A stretch of DNA of 60,471 bases, filler included, from Sluysia triapertura (Eukaryota): NCBI GenBank assembly GCA_046118255.1. It is 4 parts of 4 records of this genome, joined end to end, with 100 filler letters (N's around TTAATTAATTAA, not from the genome) between each part and the next. Parts side by side here need not be neighbours in the genome. Positions count along the whole stretch, not along the records: positions 15,666 to 29,447 come from JBJNIA010020294.1; positions 29,548 to 41,045 come from JBJNIA010184023.1; 2 more parts are not named here. One strand, 5' to 3'. How positions within the stretch are numbered: position 1 is the stretch's first letter; each line of letters opens with the position of its first letter. The notes beneath the pieces are model-generated. The model saw only the letters and a program-made list of their open reading frames with translations, was not told where the DNA came from and did no database searches. The position numbers were made by a program, and so were the translations under genes. Shown here piece after piece: positions 26,971 through 38,745 of the stretch.

Positions 26971-27811
26971 TGAGTCCACCAATGTAATGGGCTTACCAGT
27001 TAGGGCTAGCCGTTGGATTTGTAGATAAAATATTTTAAAGTAAAGGTTAGGAAAAATTGTCTAAAGTGTAGTTTTGCTAGGGAATTCTTTGCCTAATAAC
27101 TTGATTACTAATTTCAATTTAATTCTGTAGGTATTAATGTTGTCTAAAGAGTATATAGTTTTACTAAGATATTCTCGGCTTACTGTTAAATTTCAAATTT
27201 AGTAATTTCAATATAGGTTATCTTTAATATTAAGTTCCTGAAGAATTAAAGAAATTATTTAATTGTAGAAATAAATAATTTATGAAGTATTTTACGAAGA
27301 TCCTATGAAAAGGTCTATAAAATGATTTTACGGGATTAGATTTAAATTCTAATTGTTGAAAACGTTATTCTTCTAAAGATTTTATATTTGAAGCTATAAA
27401 ATTTAAAAAATGATGAATGATTACTTGAAAAAATTTATGAAATAAAAAATAAATGAAGTTACAATATAATAAAATATATGACAAATTTGCGGGGAATTAG
27501 ATTCCTAAAACAATAATATTTTAATACAGATTTTACGAAGATATATTATAATATCTTTTTGAAAAGTAAATAGAAAATGAGTTTACGTGTATTTTACGTG
27601 GATATATATAGTATATCCTTGATCTAACACAAATAAACTAACGTAATTATTTTTGAATTTGTCAAATAAAATCCAGTCAAAGTGAACATCGCTCCAAAAA
27701 GTTTTGTTAATTCACAAGATTATATTAAAGTTGTACTCAAATACTGAAACAGTTTGACAAATTCTACGACTATTTATAGTCGTCTTAGCTGGCCTTGGCC
27801 AGATTTAAACA
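26971..27811 (+). repeat. Dispersed repeat family B, copy 2
   Basis: TGAGTCCACCAATGTAATGGGCTTACCAGTTAGGGCTAGCCGTTGGATTT ... CCTTGGCCAGATTTAAACA. Confidence 0.7.
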
Positions 27812-28035
27812 AATTATTTTATCTTTAATATATTAAAACAAATTATTTCAATTATTTAATAAAATGATATTTAATTTTAAAATTTATTGAAATTAAAAAT
27901 TAACAATTAAAAATTACTTACATAATTAAAAAAATCCAAGTTAAAAATTATAAAATCCTAAATTTATAAATTGTAAATTTCAAATATAGTGAAAATATAG
28001 TGAAAATAAATTTCAATTATTAAAAAATCAATAAG

Positions 28036-28461
28036 TTATAAATAGTTATTCATGTATGCACATAAATCAAAAGTCAGATTGTATACAATTATTTCCAAGA
28101 GATATTCAGGACTTTCGTAATGTAAGCATTTGTAAATTATTGTCCTGATTTTGAATTTTATTCTTGATTTTATTGGTAAACAATGTAATTCCTTAAGACA
28201 AGGTGTTACTTGAGATCTTCTTCCCACTTGGAAAATTAGTCTTTCTGCTTGATTAATTATTAATTGAAGTTCTTCCACTTTTTTTATGAAATTGAGTACA
28301 ATATACCATTTTAAATATTTATGTTATTAGTTATCAATGAATGAACAATTAGTTTAGCTATTTCTTTATTAATAAATTTTCGAATATTTGATATTTTTTT
28401 ATTTGATATTTACAACTTTAATATTAATTGATACGATTAATATTTTCTTCCATGTTCATTT
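28036..28461 (-). mobile_element. L2/CR1-type LINE ORF2 C-terminal fragment
   Basis: LQLIINQAERLIFQVGRRSQVTPCLKELHCLPIKSRIKFKI...PEYL; close paralogue of 9815-10150. Confidence 0.8.
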
Positions 28462-28780
28462 TGCTGGGTGTTTTTCTTAACCTAAAAACCTAACCTACAG
28501 CAAAATAATTAATTATTATGAATCCATTTACAGTATACGACTTACTAATGGCGTGCCTGTAAAATTACATGAAAACAATTATCAACATTAATCGTACAAA
28601 AATAAGCTTTGCCTTAACTTAACAATAATGTGCAAAAATCGTCGTTGATGTCAATTAACAACAGATAACTTAAAAACCTAATTCAGACCAACGCTAACTT
28701 AAGAGATATTCGAATTAGTATAAAAATCAGCTAAATAATAATGGTACAAAAACGTATCTTTTCTTATATTCTTTAAATTC
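28462..28780 (-). mobile_element. Gypsy LTR (3' part), same family as the LTR ending at 31264; abuts the LINE fragment
   Basis: Reverse complement aligns with about 30960-31264 and ends identically ...TTAAGAAAA(A/G)CACCCAGCA. Confidence 0.75.
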
Positions 28781-29447
28781 GATTATAATAACTGTTAGAA
28801 CTTTTAATCTCCTTATTTTATAAATTATATTAGAATTAATGTTCTTACTGTAAATAATATGACCGAATAAACATAAAATTATGTGTATTATAATAATTGT
28901 AAAAATTTAATAATTTTTGTGAATTCAAAAAAATAAATAGTAATAATGAAAATAGAAAATATAAAAAACATATTAATTTAATTTTAAATAATAATAATTT
29001 TAATAGAGTTGGAATTATGATGTCTATTATTTACGAAAAAACGGATATTTATGTTTAACATTTATTTATTATTTAATTTAAACGGAAACCTATATTATAA
29101 TTAAAAGAATATTTATAAACAAACATTTTTAAAATCGGAAAATCATTTAGGATGTTTATATTATTCATCGAATTTATATCTAAATTTATTTATAAAAGTG
29201 TATATTAAATTGAATATTTATGCTAAATCAACGGATATTTATTTTATGTTTATTAGACCAATTTATTTTAAATCAACGAATATTTATTTTACGACAGCCA
29301 AATATTATCAGAGAGTATATAAAGAAAGTTTACGAATTAAATTTTGACAAGTGATAACGACTCTCTTTACAATTGAAAAAGTTTATTGGAGCGATTTATT
29401 GTCAAGAATTTGTGGAGCGATCTATTGTTACGATTTAAAGGAGCGAT

Positions 29448-29547
29448 NNNNNNNNNNNNNNNNNNNNNNNNNNNNNNNNNNNNNNNNNNNNTTAATTAAT
29501 TAANNNNNNNNNNNNNNNNNNNNNNNNNNNNNNNNNNNNNNNNNNNN
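29448..29547. other. Artificial contig linker
   Basis: N44-TTAATTAATTAA-N44. Confidence 0.97.
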
Positions 29548-29710
29548 TGAGAGAGTGTTTGGTTGTGAGATTGTGAATTGATTGGATGATGAGAGAGTAT
29601 AAAATAAAGATTTTAAAATTTTTATAACACAATTATAATAATACAATAATGCAACAACTACGATGTCGACAATGATGATAGAAGATCCATGCGTAGGGTA
29701 AAGTTTATCA
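29548..29710 (+). repeat. Dispersed repeat family D fragment
   Basis: TGAGAGAGTGTTTG.TTGTGA...ATTGATTGGAT...CGATGTC...AGAAGATCCATG shared with 49410-49550. Confidence 0.65.
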
Positions 29711-29819
29711 TTTATTTGCTTTTAATTTTATTATATTAAAATAAGATAAATAATAGATTATATTTTAATTTAATATAAGCTATTAATTTGATTTTTTTGT
29801 GTCATTATTAAAATAGTTT

Positions 29820-30080
29820 TGTGGGAAACGCTCCAAGTAATTTTTGTGAAGTATAATATTTGATTTTCAGGTATTATTTAGAGACTTTTACAGACAATTC
29901 CCTGAGCAATTTTTGTTAAGAATTATATTTAAAATACCTTTGATTTATAGCTATTTTACAGTGATTTTAGAGACAACATTCTGCCCAATTTATTTTTAAG
30001 ATATTTTCAATTAACAATTTGATTTATGGTTAATTGTAAGTCATTTTAGTGAGAGGCACTCTGCCCAATTTATTTTGTAA
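29820..30080 (+). repeat. Degenerate tandem repeat, about 4 units of 70-80 bp
   Basis: Recurring core CTGCCCAATTTATTTT / CTGAGCAATTTTT, followed by TTTGATTT and TTTTAG.GA motifs. Confidence 0.55.
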
Positions 30081-30449
30081 ATATTATTATTTAAGATTAC
30101 TATTCTAAACTTTCTTGATATCCATTTTTTGCGTCACTCATGGTTGTTTTGTTTTAATTAGATTGTAGTGTTTTAATTTTATTATAAACATTATTTTCAT
30201 TTTTGTCGTTTTAGTGATCATCAGCATTTAGTAAAGATTTTCATTAAAAATAAATTTTATTACGAATTTTTGTTTAATATTACATTATCGACTTACTTTT
30301 TCATTTTGATTCCAAGAACTTAAATTTGGGATAATAGTTATTGATATAGTTACAAAAGTAGATCACGGTAAAATTATACTTGATATACTAACTATTGAAA
30401 TTATTAAGGTTTAAACTGATCAAGATAGTAATAGTGAGTCTTAATAATT

Positions 30450-30748
30450 TACAAGTTTTAAAGACGCAACAATATACTCAAGAAACTTATAAAGATAATT
30501 ATGACAAAAAGCGAAAGCACATAATTTTGAAGTTGGAGATAGAGTATTAGTTTATTATCCAAGAGCGAAACCAGGATTCTCCCCAAAATTACATAAACCA
30601 TTCAAGGGACCATATGAAGTAATTAGTATATTAAAAAGCCAAATGATATAAATGCAGAAACTTTTGTAGTACATGTAAATCGGTGCAAATTAGCACCAAA
30701 AGAAGAATATAATTTAAGAAATAGAAAAGTAATAAATCTATTTTACTA
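30450..30748 (+). mobile_element. Ty3/gypsy integrase C-terminal (GPY/F) fragment, degenerate
   Basis: AKAHNFEVGDRVLVYYPRAKPGFSPKLHKPFKGPYEVISI ... FVVHVNRCK...YNLRNRK*, with frameshifts. Confidence 0.8.
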
Positions 30749-30775
30749 ATTTATCACCTTTTTTATCTCATTTTG

Positions 30776-31264
30776 TGTAATAAAAATCCTAGAATAATTT
30801 TGAGTTCTTTAATTAAATAAACGTGTAACCTAAATTGAGCTTACAGTTATTTTACTTTAACTCATAATTGATATATATTTTCTTGCAACAACAAATTACG
30901 TCCATTTTAATATTATTTTATTAAATTCTTATATTAAGAATTAAGATTTATATTAAGATTTAAGACATAAGAAAAGATACGCTTTTATACCATCATTATT
31001 TATTTGATTTGTTAATTTAAATATTCCATAATCTAACGTTGGTCTTAATTAGTTTTTGAGTTATTTATTATTAATTAACATAAACGACGATTTTGCCCAT
31101 TATTGTTAAGTTAAGGTAAAGAATATTTTGCTAATTGTTTTCACATAATTTTACAGGTACGCCAATAGTAAGTCGTATAATGTAATAATTAATTATTATT
31201 CATTAATTAATAATTAATTATTTTGCTGTATGTTAGGTTTTTAGATTAAGAAAAGCACCCAGCA
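30776..31264 (+). mobile_element. Gypsy LTR (5' boundary uncertain)
   Basis: Ends ...CACCCAGCA just before the PBS; homologous to the copy at 28462. Confidence 0.65.
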
Positions 31265-31269
31265 AAATT

Positions 31270-31287
31270 TGGCGCCCGAATTGGGAC
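31270..31287 (+). promoter_or_regulatory. Primer binding site, tRNA-Lys(UUU) type
   Basis: TGGCGCCCGAATTGGGAC versus canonical TGGCGCCCGAACAGGGAC (16/18), 5 nt after the LTR end. Confidence 0.85.
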
Positions 31288-31423
31288 CAACGTGAAGTAT
31301 TTATTGATATTTAAATTTATTCGTATTAAGTAAGAAAGTAAGTAGATATAAGCATTTAAGTAAGTAAAATTTAAATGTAACTGATATAAGTAAATAATTG
31401 AATTATTTACGAAACATTTTTTA

Positions 31424-32691
31424 AACACAGACGATTCAGAAATAGAGATTAAAGAAGATTATAGTGATAATATTAGTTTTCCATTACAAGAAATAAAAGT
31501 CGTACTAGAAGACATTAAAATGAACTTACCGATGAACGAATTTAAGGAGTATATAACACAATTTGCACAAAATATAAAACCTGATGTAGTATTACCAGAC
31601 ATGCGCAAGTTTAACGGAGCTGAAGAGGATTTATGCGATTTTTTGTTTGAATACGACATCATCGCAGAGGCTAATGGCTGATCGGAATTAGAAAAAATTA
31701 AGAGAATCCAAAATTATCTTACGTGTGTTGCTATTCAAACATATAAGGAGATAGATAATAGTAAGAAAACTAATTGGAGCACTTTTGTTAATGATTTCAC
31801 AGAAGAAATCGCTTTGGATGACATATGGAAATACTACACACGAATGTTGAATATCGGAAAACAAAAACCTCTTGAAACTGTGTTAGAATATGCGTGCGCA
31901 CTCAAAAGTTTAGTGGCACGAGCTAAGATTTCGGAGGATAAGTAGGAAATGACTCTAATAGATAAATTTAAGAACGGACTTCGTCCGGAGTTAAGTATTA
32001 ACGTTAATTTAATAGACAATCATTCATTTAAGGAAATAGTCAAAATAATAAGAGGAATAGAGAGATCTAAGAAGGAAGCAAAAACAACGTAAGTTATGTA
32101 AGCGACGATGATAGGAGAGATAGGAGTCCAGGATATGATTTATGAGATGACACGTTTAACGATAATTCTTTTTCAGATAATAATAATACTAATAATTATA
32201 ATAATAATACTAATAATACTAATACTAATACTAATACTAATAATAATCATAATAACAATACTAGTAATTTTAGAGGTAATAATTATAGGAGAAATAGTTT
32301 TAATTTGCGAAGAAATGACTATAATCAAGGAAGAGGAAGAGCAAAAGGATTTGCCAGAAATAACAATGTATCAGGAGAATCTGAGCAAAGACCGCCACCA
32401 AGGTGGCCGAATAATGAAGAATTTACACATGGGAATAAGAGTCCAGTAAGAAATAATAATTATAATAATAAAACTAAAACCAACGTAGAAGGAGATATTG
32501 TCTGTCATAACTGTAATAGGAAGGGACACTACGCGCGAAACTGTGGTAAATTAAAATCAGACATTTTTAATCAAGATCTAAGTAAGATGCATAATTATGA
32601 ACAAGTAAGGGGACAAGCTCCATCAAGAAAGGTAAGGTTTAATGAGAAAAATAATAAAAATGGTAGAACACAAGTAAATTATAACTACTAA
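31424..32691 (+). pseudogene. gag: Ty3/gypsy gag pseudogene (capsid plus CCHC zinc knuckle)
   Basis: RKFNGAEEDLCDFLFEYDIIAEANG*SE..., NWSTFVNDF, MHR-like KQKPLETVLEYACALKSL, GLRPEL, an Asn/Arg/Gly-rich linker and CHNCNRKGHYARNC. Has in-frame stops and a frameshift. Confidence 0.88.
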
Positions 32692-35083
32692 ACACAAGAA
32701 TACGATGATTATGACTATTTCAGATACACATTATAAGGCGTAAGTTGACCTATAAATTTAAAAATAATTAAATCCTAATAGCCCGTCTCCAACAGTGGTA
32801 TAAAGCGTGTGTATTAGGCGAACCGACTCCCTAGGTATTTTGTAAGTAGGTTAAGTTTTTTGAAACATACACTTACAATTTTAATACATAAATTTTATAA
32901 ATAATATTTTTATTATAAAAACTTATTTTTACGCTAGATATTTAAAAAAATATTTCCTCTATATAATTTAAATTTACTGTTGGTCACCATCTTGAATTTT
33001 GTAATATAAAAATAATTGGTATTGTCAAATTCATACAAGTTTGAAGTTTACAGTACTTCACAGAAGTTTACATATTTAACAGTATTTTACAGTGGATAAT
33101 ACGCAAAAGCAAAATTAGCAGAAGAATTTGGATTAGTAAACCAAGAACCACAATTAGTAATTCAAGTGACACAATTATAATCGAAGATAATTTATTCGAT
33201 GTCCATGATAAGCGTAGGTTTTTTTGTATTAAGGTCAGTTTCACTTAAATGAAACTTAAAATAGATTTAAAAATTCTTTATATTTGAAAATTGTGTTAGC
33301 ACAATTTTAAAGTCCTTTTAAATTGATTATTTATTATTAAAGTAAAACCTTTAATAATTTAATTATTTATTGATATTGTTAAACCGAATAGTCGATACCA
33401 ATTAGAGTGTTCACATTTATACGTTATGCGCTTATACGTTTATTTAAGGTTTACATTTATATATCTAATATAGATCTATACGTTTGCTGTATTTTTACGT
33501 TTTATTGAATTAAAATTATTGTGTTCATGGTATTATTAATAGTTAACAAAGTCAAAAAAGCATAATTAGACCCTCTTAAGTTAATAAAAGTTTTAAAGAA
33601 TTTTATTTACTGTCGCATTTACAGCTACGTCCTCATTTAGTAGTAAGTCGTAGATTGTAAGCGAACCCGGTGTATTAAAGTTATATTTTGCTAGGTAAAA
33701 ATAAAAAATATTACATCAAATCAGAGTTGGTGAAATCAACGGTGGTAAAATGTGAAATTAAAAAAGGAAAGTTTTAGACAATTTAGTTGTTTACTAAACT
33801 ATCCGAGGTACTTAGCCATAAGTTTCATCCAGTTCGTAATGATGATATTACTCATATGATGATTTGACACATGAAATATTTAAATAAGAATTATTAAAAT
33901 TGGACATATAAAGAAGTTAATATTTTATGGTGAAAGAGTGTGTAAAAGAAATCACAAAAGGAACTAAATATCAATGATGAAAAACTACGAAAATCAGCTG
34001 AAATATTTGATATATCAAATCCCAAGAATCGGTAATGAAAATGATGCAAGAAAATTCATCAATTGCTGAGGTAGCAGCGAAGTGATGAATAATAATACAC
34101 CGGCCATTAGGAAAAAGAGTAGATATGAGTAACTATCCACAAACATCTAAAGAACTTTGCAATAAAAAATGGAAGGATTAGTGTATCACATAAATACAAA
34201 TCATGTTGATCAATTAATGTGATCAAAAAAAATAGAAATCTGTCCGTTAAAAAAAATTAGTGATGTAAGATATTCTAAAGTAAACACAATTAACGTCATA
34301 ATTCTTTTTTCGCTGCTTCATAGTTCCATTTCAAGTTAGTATCGATGTTAAGATAACCGTGGTGATGAGCAAAGCTGAAATTGAGCGGAAAACAATACTT
34401 AACAGGTATAATTATTTCCGTAACATTATGACGTACGGATCATCCTATGCAGTTAGATGAACTAGGAATTGTCGAAATGGACTTCTCAATGTATTTGCAT
34501 CAAAAATATAACTACTTCAATATCACAAGGTTATTTGAACTCGGAATTGTGAAACGTTTAACTTATCGGTGGTGTATAATGCTTGTAGAAGTCTCTACAA
34601 TATTCTCCCAATCATTGCTGACGAGTTCTGCCAGAAACTCCAGAATTACAACCCTGAGAGTTTCGTTGTTTTGAACATAACAAAGATGAAAGAATTCATG
34701 GCAACTTTAAATCGAAAAATAAGCTATTCATATTTGCATATTTGTATAAATACAGTTGGCGCAAACGTCATAATTAAAACATTTTTCTAACTTCGCATGT
34801 TGAATTAAGTATCATTATCTTTATCAATGAACTAATTTTACTAATTATATTTGTTTAGCTTATTTTCTTTTTTGACCCGAAAAATGAAAGATCACTTTTA
34901 AAAATTACAAAAATGCTAATAAATTCATAAAAAATATAAAATTAACCAATTAAATGAAAATTACCTATTTTTATAAAATTAACAATTTATAATATAAAGC
35001 TTCAATTGAAGTTGTAGAAAATATTAATATACATTGAAAAAGTTAGTCAATTGCACATTTTAAAAGTACACAAATGCACTAAC

Positions 35084-36791
35084 ATCTCTGTCCTGCATAG
35101 CTGCTTGTTTGAAAGCTTTTGCTGCTTTTTCAAATTGTTTGAGTGCTATACAACATTGCCCATACAAATACCAAACTTGTGATTGTAATATATTAACAGT
35201 TAAGCTCTTTTCAAAGCATTCAATTGCACCTTTCAGATCACCAAGTGATTTTTTATAATATCCCAAACAACGCATTGCACGTGCTGACTTTTCACCACTA
35301 ATTTTCCAACCTTCTTCGAAATATTGCTCATTGTGTGTAACTTCACCAAGACTGCACAATAACTCAACTGTTTTACCTTCTGAACTTATTCTATCTCTAA
35401 TTAAGTTTTCTGCCTTTTCCTTATGACCCAATGCTTTATAACATTCAATTATTGTATTCCACTCATCCCAAGGTAACATCCATTCTAGAGCTGATTTATA
35501 CATTCCTTCTTTCATATACAGTTTAGCCAAAGGTACCTGAATTTGCCATATGGATGGTTGGCGACTTAAAAAGAAGTACAAACCTCTATCAGCAGCGTTA
35601 TCTGAATATTTATTAACTGGAACATCATGTGAGTATTGCACAGCTAATTCTTCCAATTGGCGTAAATTGCGCTCCTTTCTTCGACACGAATCGTTACTCA
35701 ACTTAGAACGTAGCAATAAAGATTCCGTAGTTATACCCCAAACAGATTTTCTTGTTTTACTATCACTTAAACATAATGACATCATACTAGAACACTGCTC
35801 AAACAAAGTTTCATCACGTGCCCGTGATCGCAATAAAAACTGGCACTTATGATTTAATAATGCTTGTTCAGCAATAGTTAAACTAGTCGACGTAGTTTTT
35901 TCATTAATTTCTAAGCTTGTAAATTTAATGTTTTCTAACAAAAGATCATCATCAATCATATTATCATTTGGTAAACGAATTGAATAATTATTAAATACTT
36001 TGTTAATGTAATCACTAGTTTTTGATGGATTTTTACATACTGTCATATATAATTGACATACGTCATGTTGTTGAAATTTTGTTCTTTTACCTAGTGCCCC
36101 ATGAAACTCAAAAGTTAAACCTAACATTTCTTCTGCTTCATTTATTAAAAATTCAGCTTTATTATAATCATAATAAAACAAATGCAAATAAGCAGCAAGT
36201 AATATCATTTCAAAATATTCCGCTTCATCAATAAAATCAACATGCTGTTTTTTAATTTCAATTGCTAAAATAAAATTATAAATTAAATGCAAAATAACCT
36301 TCATTATAATATTTTAACATTTCATTCTTTAATTTAGAAGAACGTTCGTCTTTTAATGTTTCTTGATGCAAATAAATTCCTTTCAGATATATAATACAAA
36401 ATTGAAATTTCTACGCGACATAAAAATTCATCTTTTGTTAAATTAAATTACCAATTTAAAATCTGTAGCCTGACGTACCATTTCCTCCGAAACACATTTG
36501 ATTATCCATAATAAATACAACCCATTGCATTTTTTAAAAGGACTTTCCCCTTCACATGACAAAAACGTTTCAATTTCAGAATTTAATTCTGATTTTACTT
36601 TAACAGCAGAGGTAATGGGACCGGTAAAATTTAGAGTAACGAAATCATTAATACAACTTTTACACAAACTCAAGGCGTCTCTAAAAATTTACTAAGAAGA
36701 CAAGAAAGAATTACTTATCATCAATAAACTTAAGTAAATCATTACGATTTAGTGTCTCTAAGTTTGAAATAAAATCTTCTAAACTGGTCAT
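35084..36791 (-). CDS. TTC27: Tetratricopeptide repeat protein 27 (TTC27/EMW1 orthologue), 5' four exons; 3' exons not located
   Basis: Exons 36791-36715 (ATG), 36680-36452, 36410-36299 and 36264-35084 splice in frame through GT-AG introns of 34, 41 and 34 nt. Motifs FVTLNFTGP, CEGES, LHQETLKDERS, GALGKRTKFQQ and TPR repeats (SARAMRCLG, WYLYGQC) match TTC27. Confidence 0.88.
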
Positions 36792-37781
36792 TAAAACTTA
36801 TTTAGAAATATTTGTATCAAAAATATAGAATCAAGTTCTACAATTTTATGTAAAAACTGTATTATTTAAACAACGATACATTGAAGTCAACTGGATTTTA
36901 TAATATACTAATATGTTGTTAATTAGTTGCAAAATTGATTTACAAATTAAAATGAAATAAACTGAAACTTTATTTTATTGTGTAAAAAAAGTTAATAAAA
37001 CCCAAAGAAAAAAGTAAATTTAGTGCAAGAATAAAATGTCCATTATTTTTTTATTGTCAATAAAAAAATTAATGTTTTAATTTTCAGTTTAATTTAAGTT
37101 GATGACAAAAACTGTATTTGTGAAGTTAATGTTGCGTATTAATTTGAAAGAATTTAGTCTTAAACTTAATTTAATTTAATAAATATAAATCATAACTGCC
37201 CACGTTCATTGTGGAATTAAGATTTTAAATGAAAGATTTTTTTGATTTTACCCTATTCTATTTTATAAGTTATGTACGATGTAAACATTATTCTAACCCC
37301 TATCAAACAGTATTTGAATGGAAGAGTCAGAAAAATATCTTAATGTAAATAATTTTTATAAAACTTGTAAAATTATTAATAAGGATTGATTTTACTTTAG
37401 TTATAGAATCTCATTCAATTCTAGAGAATTTACCATTGAATTTACACTGGAGAATTTACATTTAAATTAATTTAAATATAATTAAAATAATTATCTAAAC
37501 GATAAAAATTGATTAATAAAAGGACATGAAAACGCGTTATAAGAATACCATATATATATTGGGATTACTGTATTTTCAAAATAGAATTACAAATTATAAT
37601 AGTTTATGCGCTATTAATTGAAATTTACTTTTTTATTTAATATTTTAATTTTTATAATTAGAGGTATTGAATGATAATGTTGGGATTCACAAGTATGTGT
37701 CAGGAAATGAGGGAGAAACCTATGGAGTTATAAAATGAAGAGAGAACTGGTACAAATTGATGGATTGCACATTATGAACAT

Positions 37782-38745
37782 TGCTAGGGTTTTTCTTAAA
37801 CTTAAATCTATACACTGCAAATTATCTGAGAATTCGGTTCGCCGAATATATACGCTTTACACCACTACTGGAGACGTACTATTAGGCTTTCTTAAATCTA
37901 TTAACTAATTGTTGACTTAGAATTAACTTTTAATTACTCGGTGCTACAACCCTTTACTAGGTGTTGTTCAAATAAAGCTTTTGTATATTACAGATTACTC
38001 AACCCGTATTAAGGTGTTGCTTCGAAAATACACTAGCATTTTAGGAAATCACGCAACTCGTATTAAGGTGTTGCTTTAGAAAAATGAATTTTAGATTAAT
38101 AAAGAAAAACGACGTAAGATATATATTACAATGGCTTACAAACAAAAGTAGTTACTATAATAGAGATACTGATTTTAAGTCTTACTCAACCTCGGTTGGT
38201 AAGTTAGTGTAATTTAAAATAAGTTACACAACCCGTGTAAGGTGTTGTATAATAAAGGAGTAGTTTAAGTGCAATTTTAAACTTCCTATATAAGTGAAGT
38301 TAGAAAAACCTATGTCAAAATTAATTATTTGGAGTGCATGGATTAATATCGATTGTAATTATCTTCCGTCAAAATTTATTCTTCTTGTCTTCTTTTAAAT
38401 TAATTCTCCGAATTTTTTAATTACTTATTTTACTGTGTATTTTATCTAAAAATTGCTAGTATATATATAAATTTACTTTTTTCAAAATGGCTTCCTAAAT
38501 AATTCCTTAAAATAATTAATTATTTATTTCGGCTTCTAAAAATAGATAAAGATAAAAATAAATTACCTTTGTTTATTTTCTTAAATATTAAAACTAACTT
38601 AAATTTAAAATATTTATTTTCTTGGGTATTAAAACAAAATTAAATTTAATCAATTAAAATAAAATAAAATTTAAAATAATTTTATAATTTTTTTTAGTTT
38701 TTTACACTTTTTTATAATTTTATAATTTTTTAATTTCTTATTACA
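37782..38745 (-). mobile_element. Solo LTR (~960 bp), gypsy-like
   Basis: Minus strand runs TGTAATAAG ... TTAAGAAAAACCCTAGCA, with a 3' end like the other gypsy LTRs. Flanks ACAT/ATAT (4-bp TSD, one mismatch). TATA-like motif near 38460. Confidence 0.55.

Noticed and set aside
32108-32449. 113-aa hydrophobic membrane protein ORF
   Set aside because: Off-frame reading of the AAT repeat inside gag.
33700-34790. Second gag or other coding remnant
   Set aside because: Coding-like composition but many stops and no diagnostic motif.
35550-36695. Plus-strand ORFs (100, 70, 65 aa)
   Set aside because: Antisense shadows of TTC27 exons.
37947-38250. CRISPR array
   Set aside because: Eukaryotic context, degenerate repeats, irregular later spacing, no cas genes, and it lies within an LTR.
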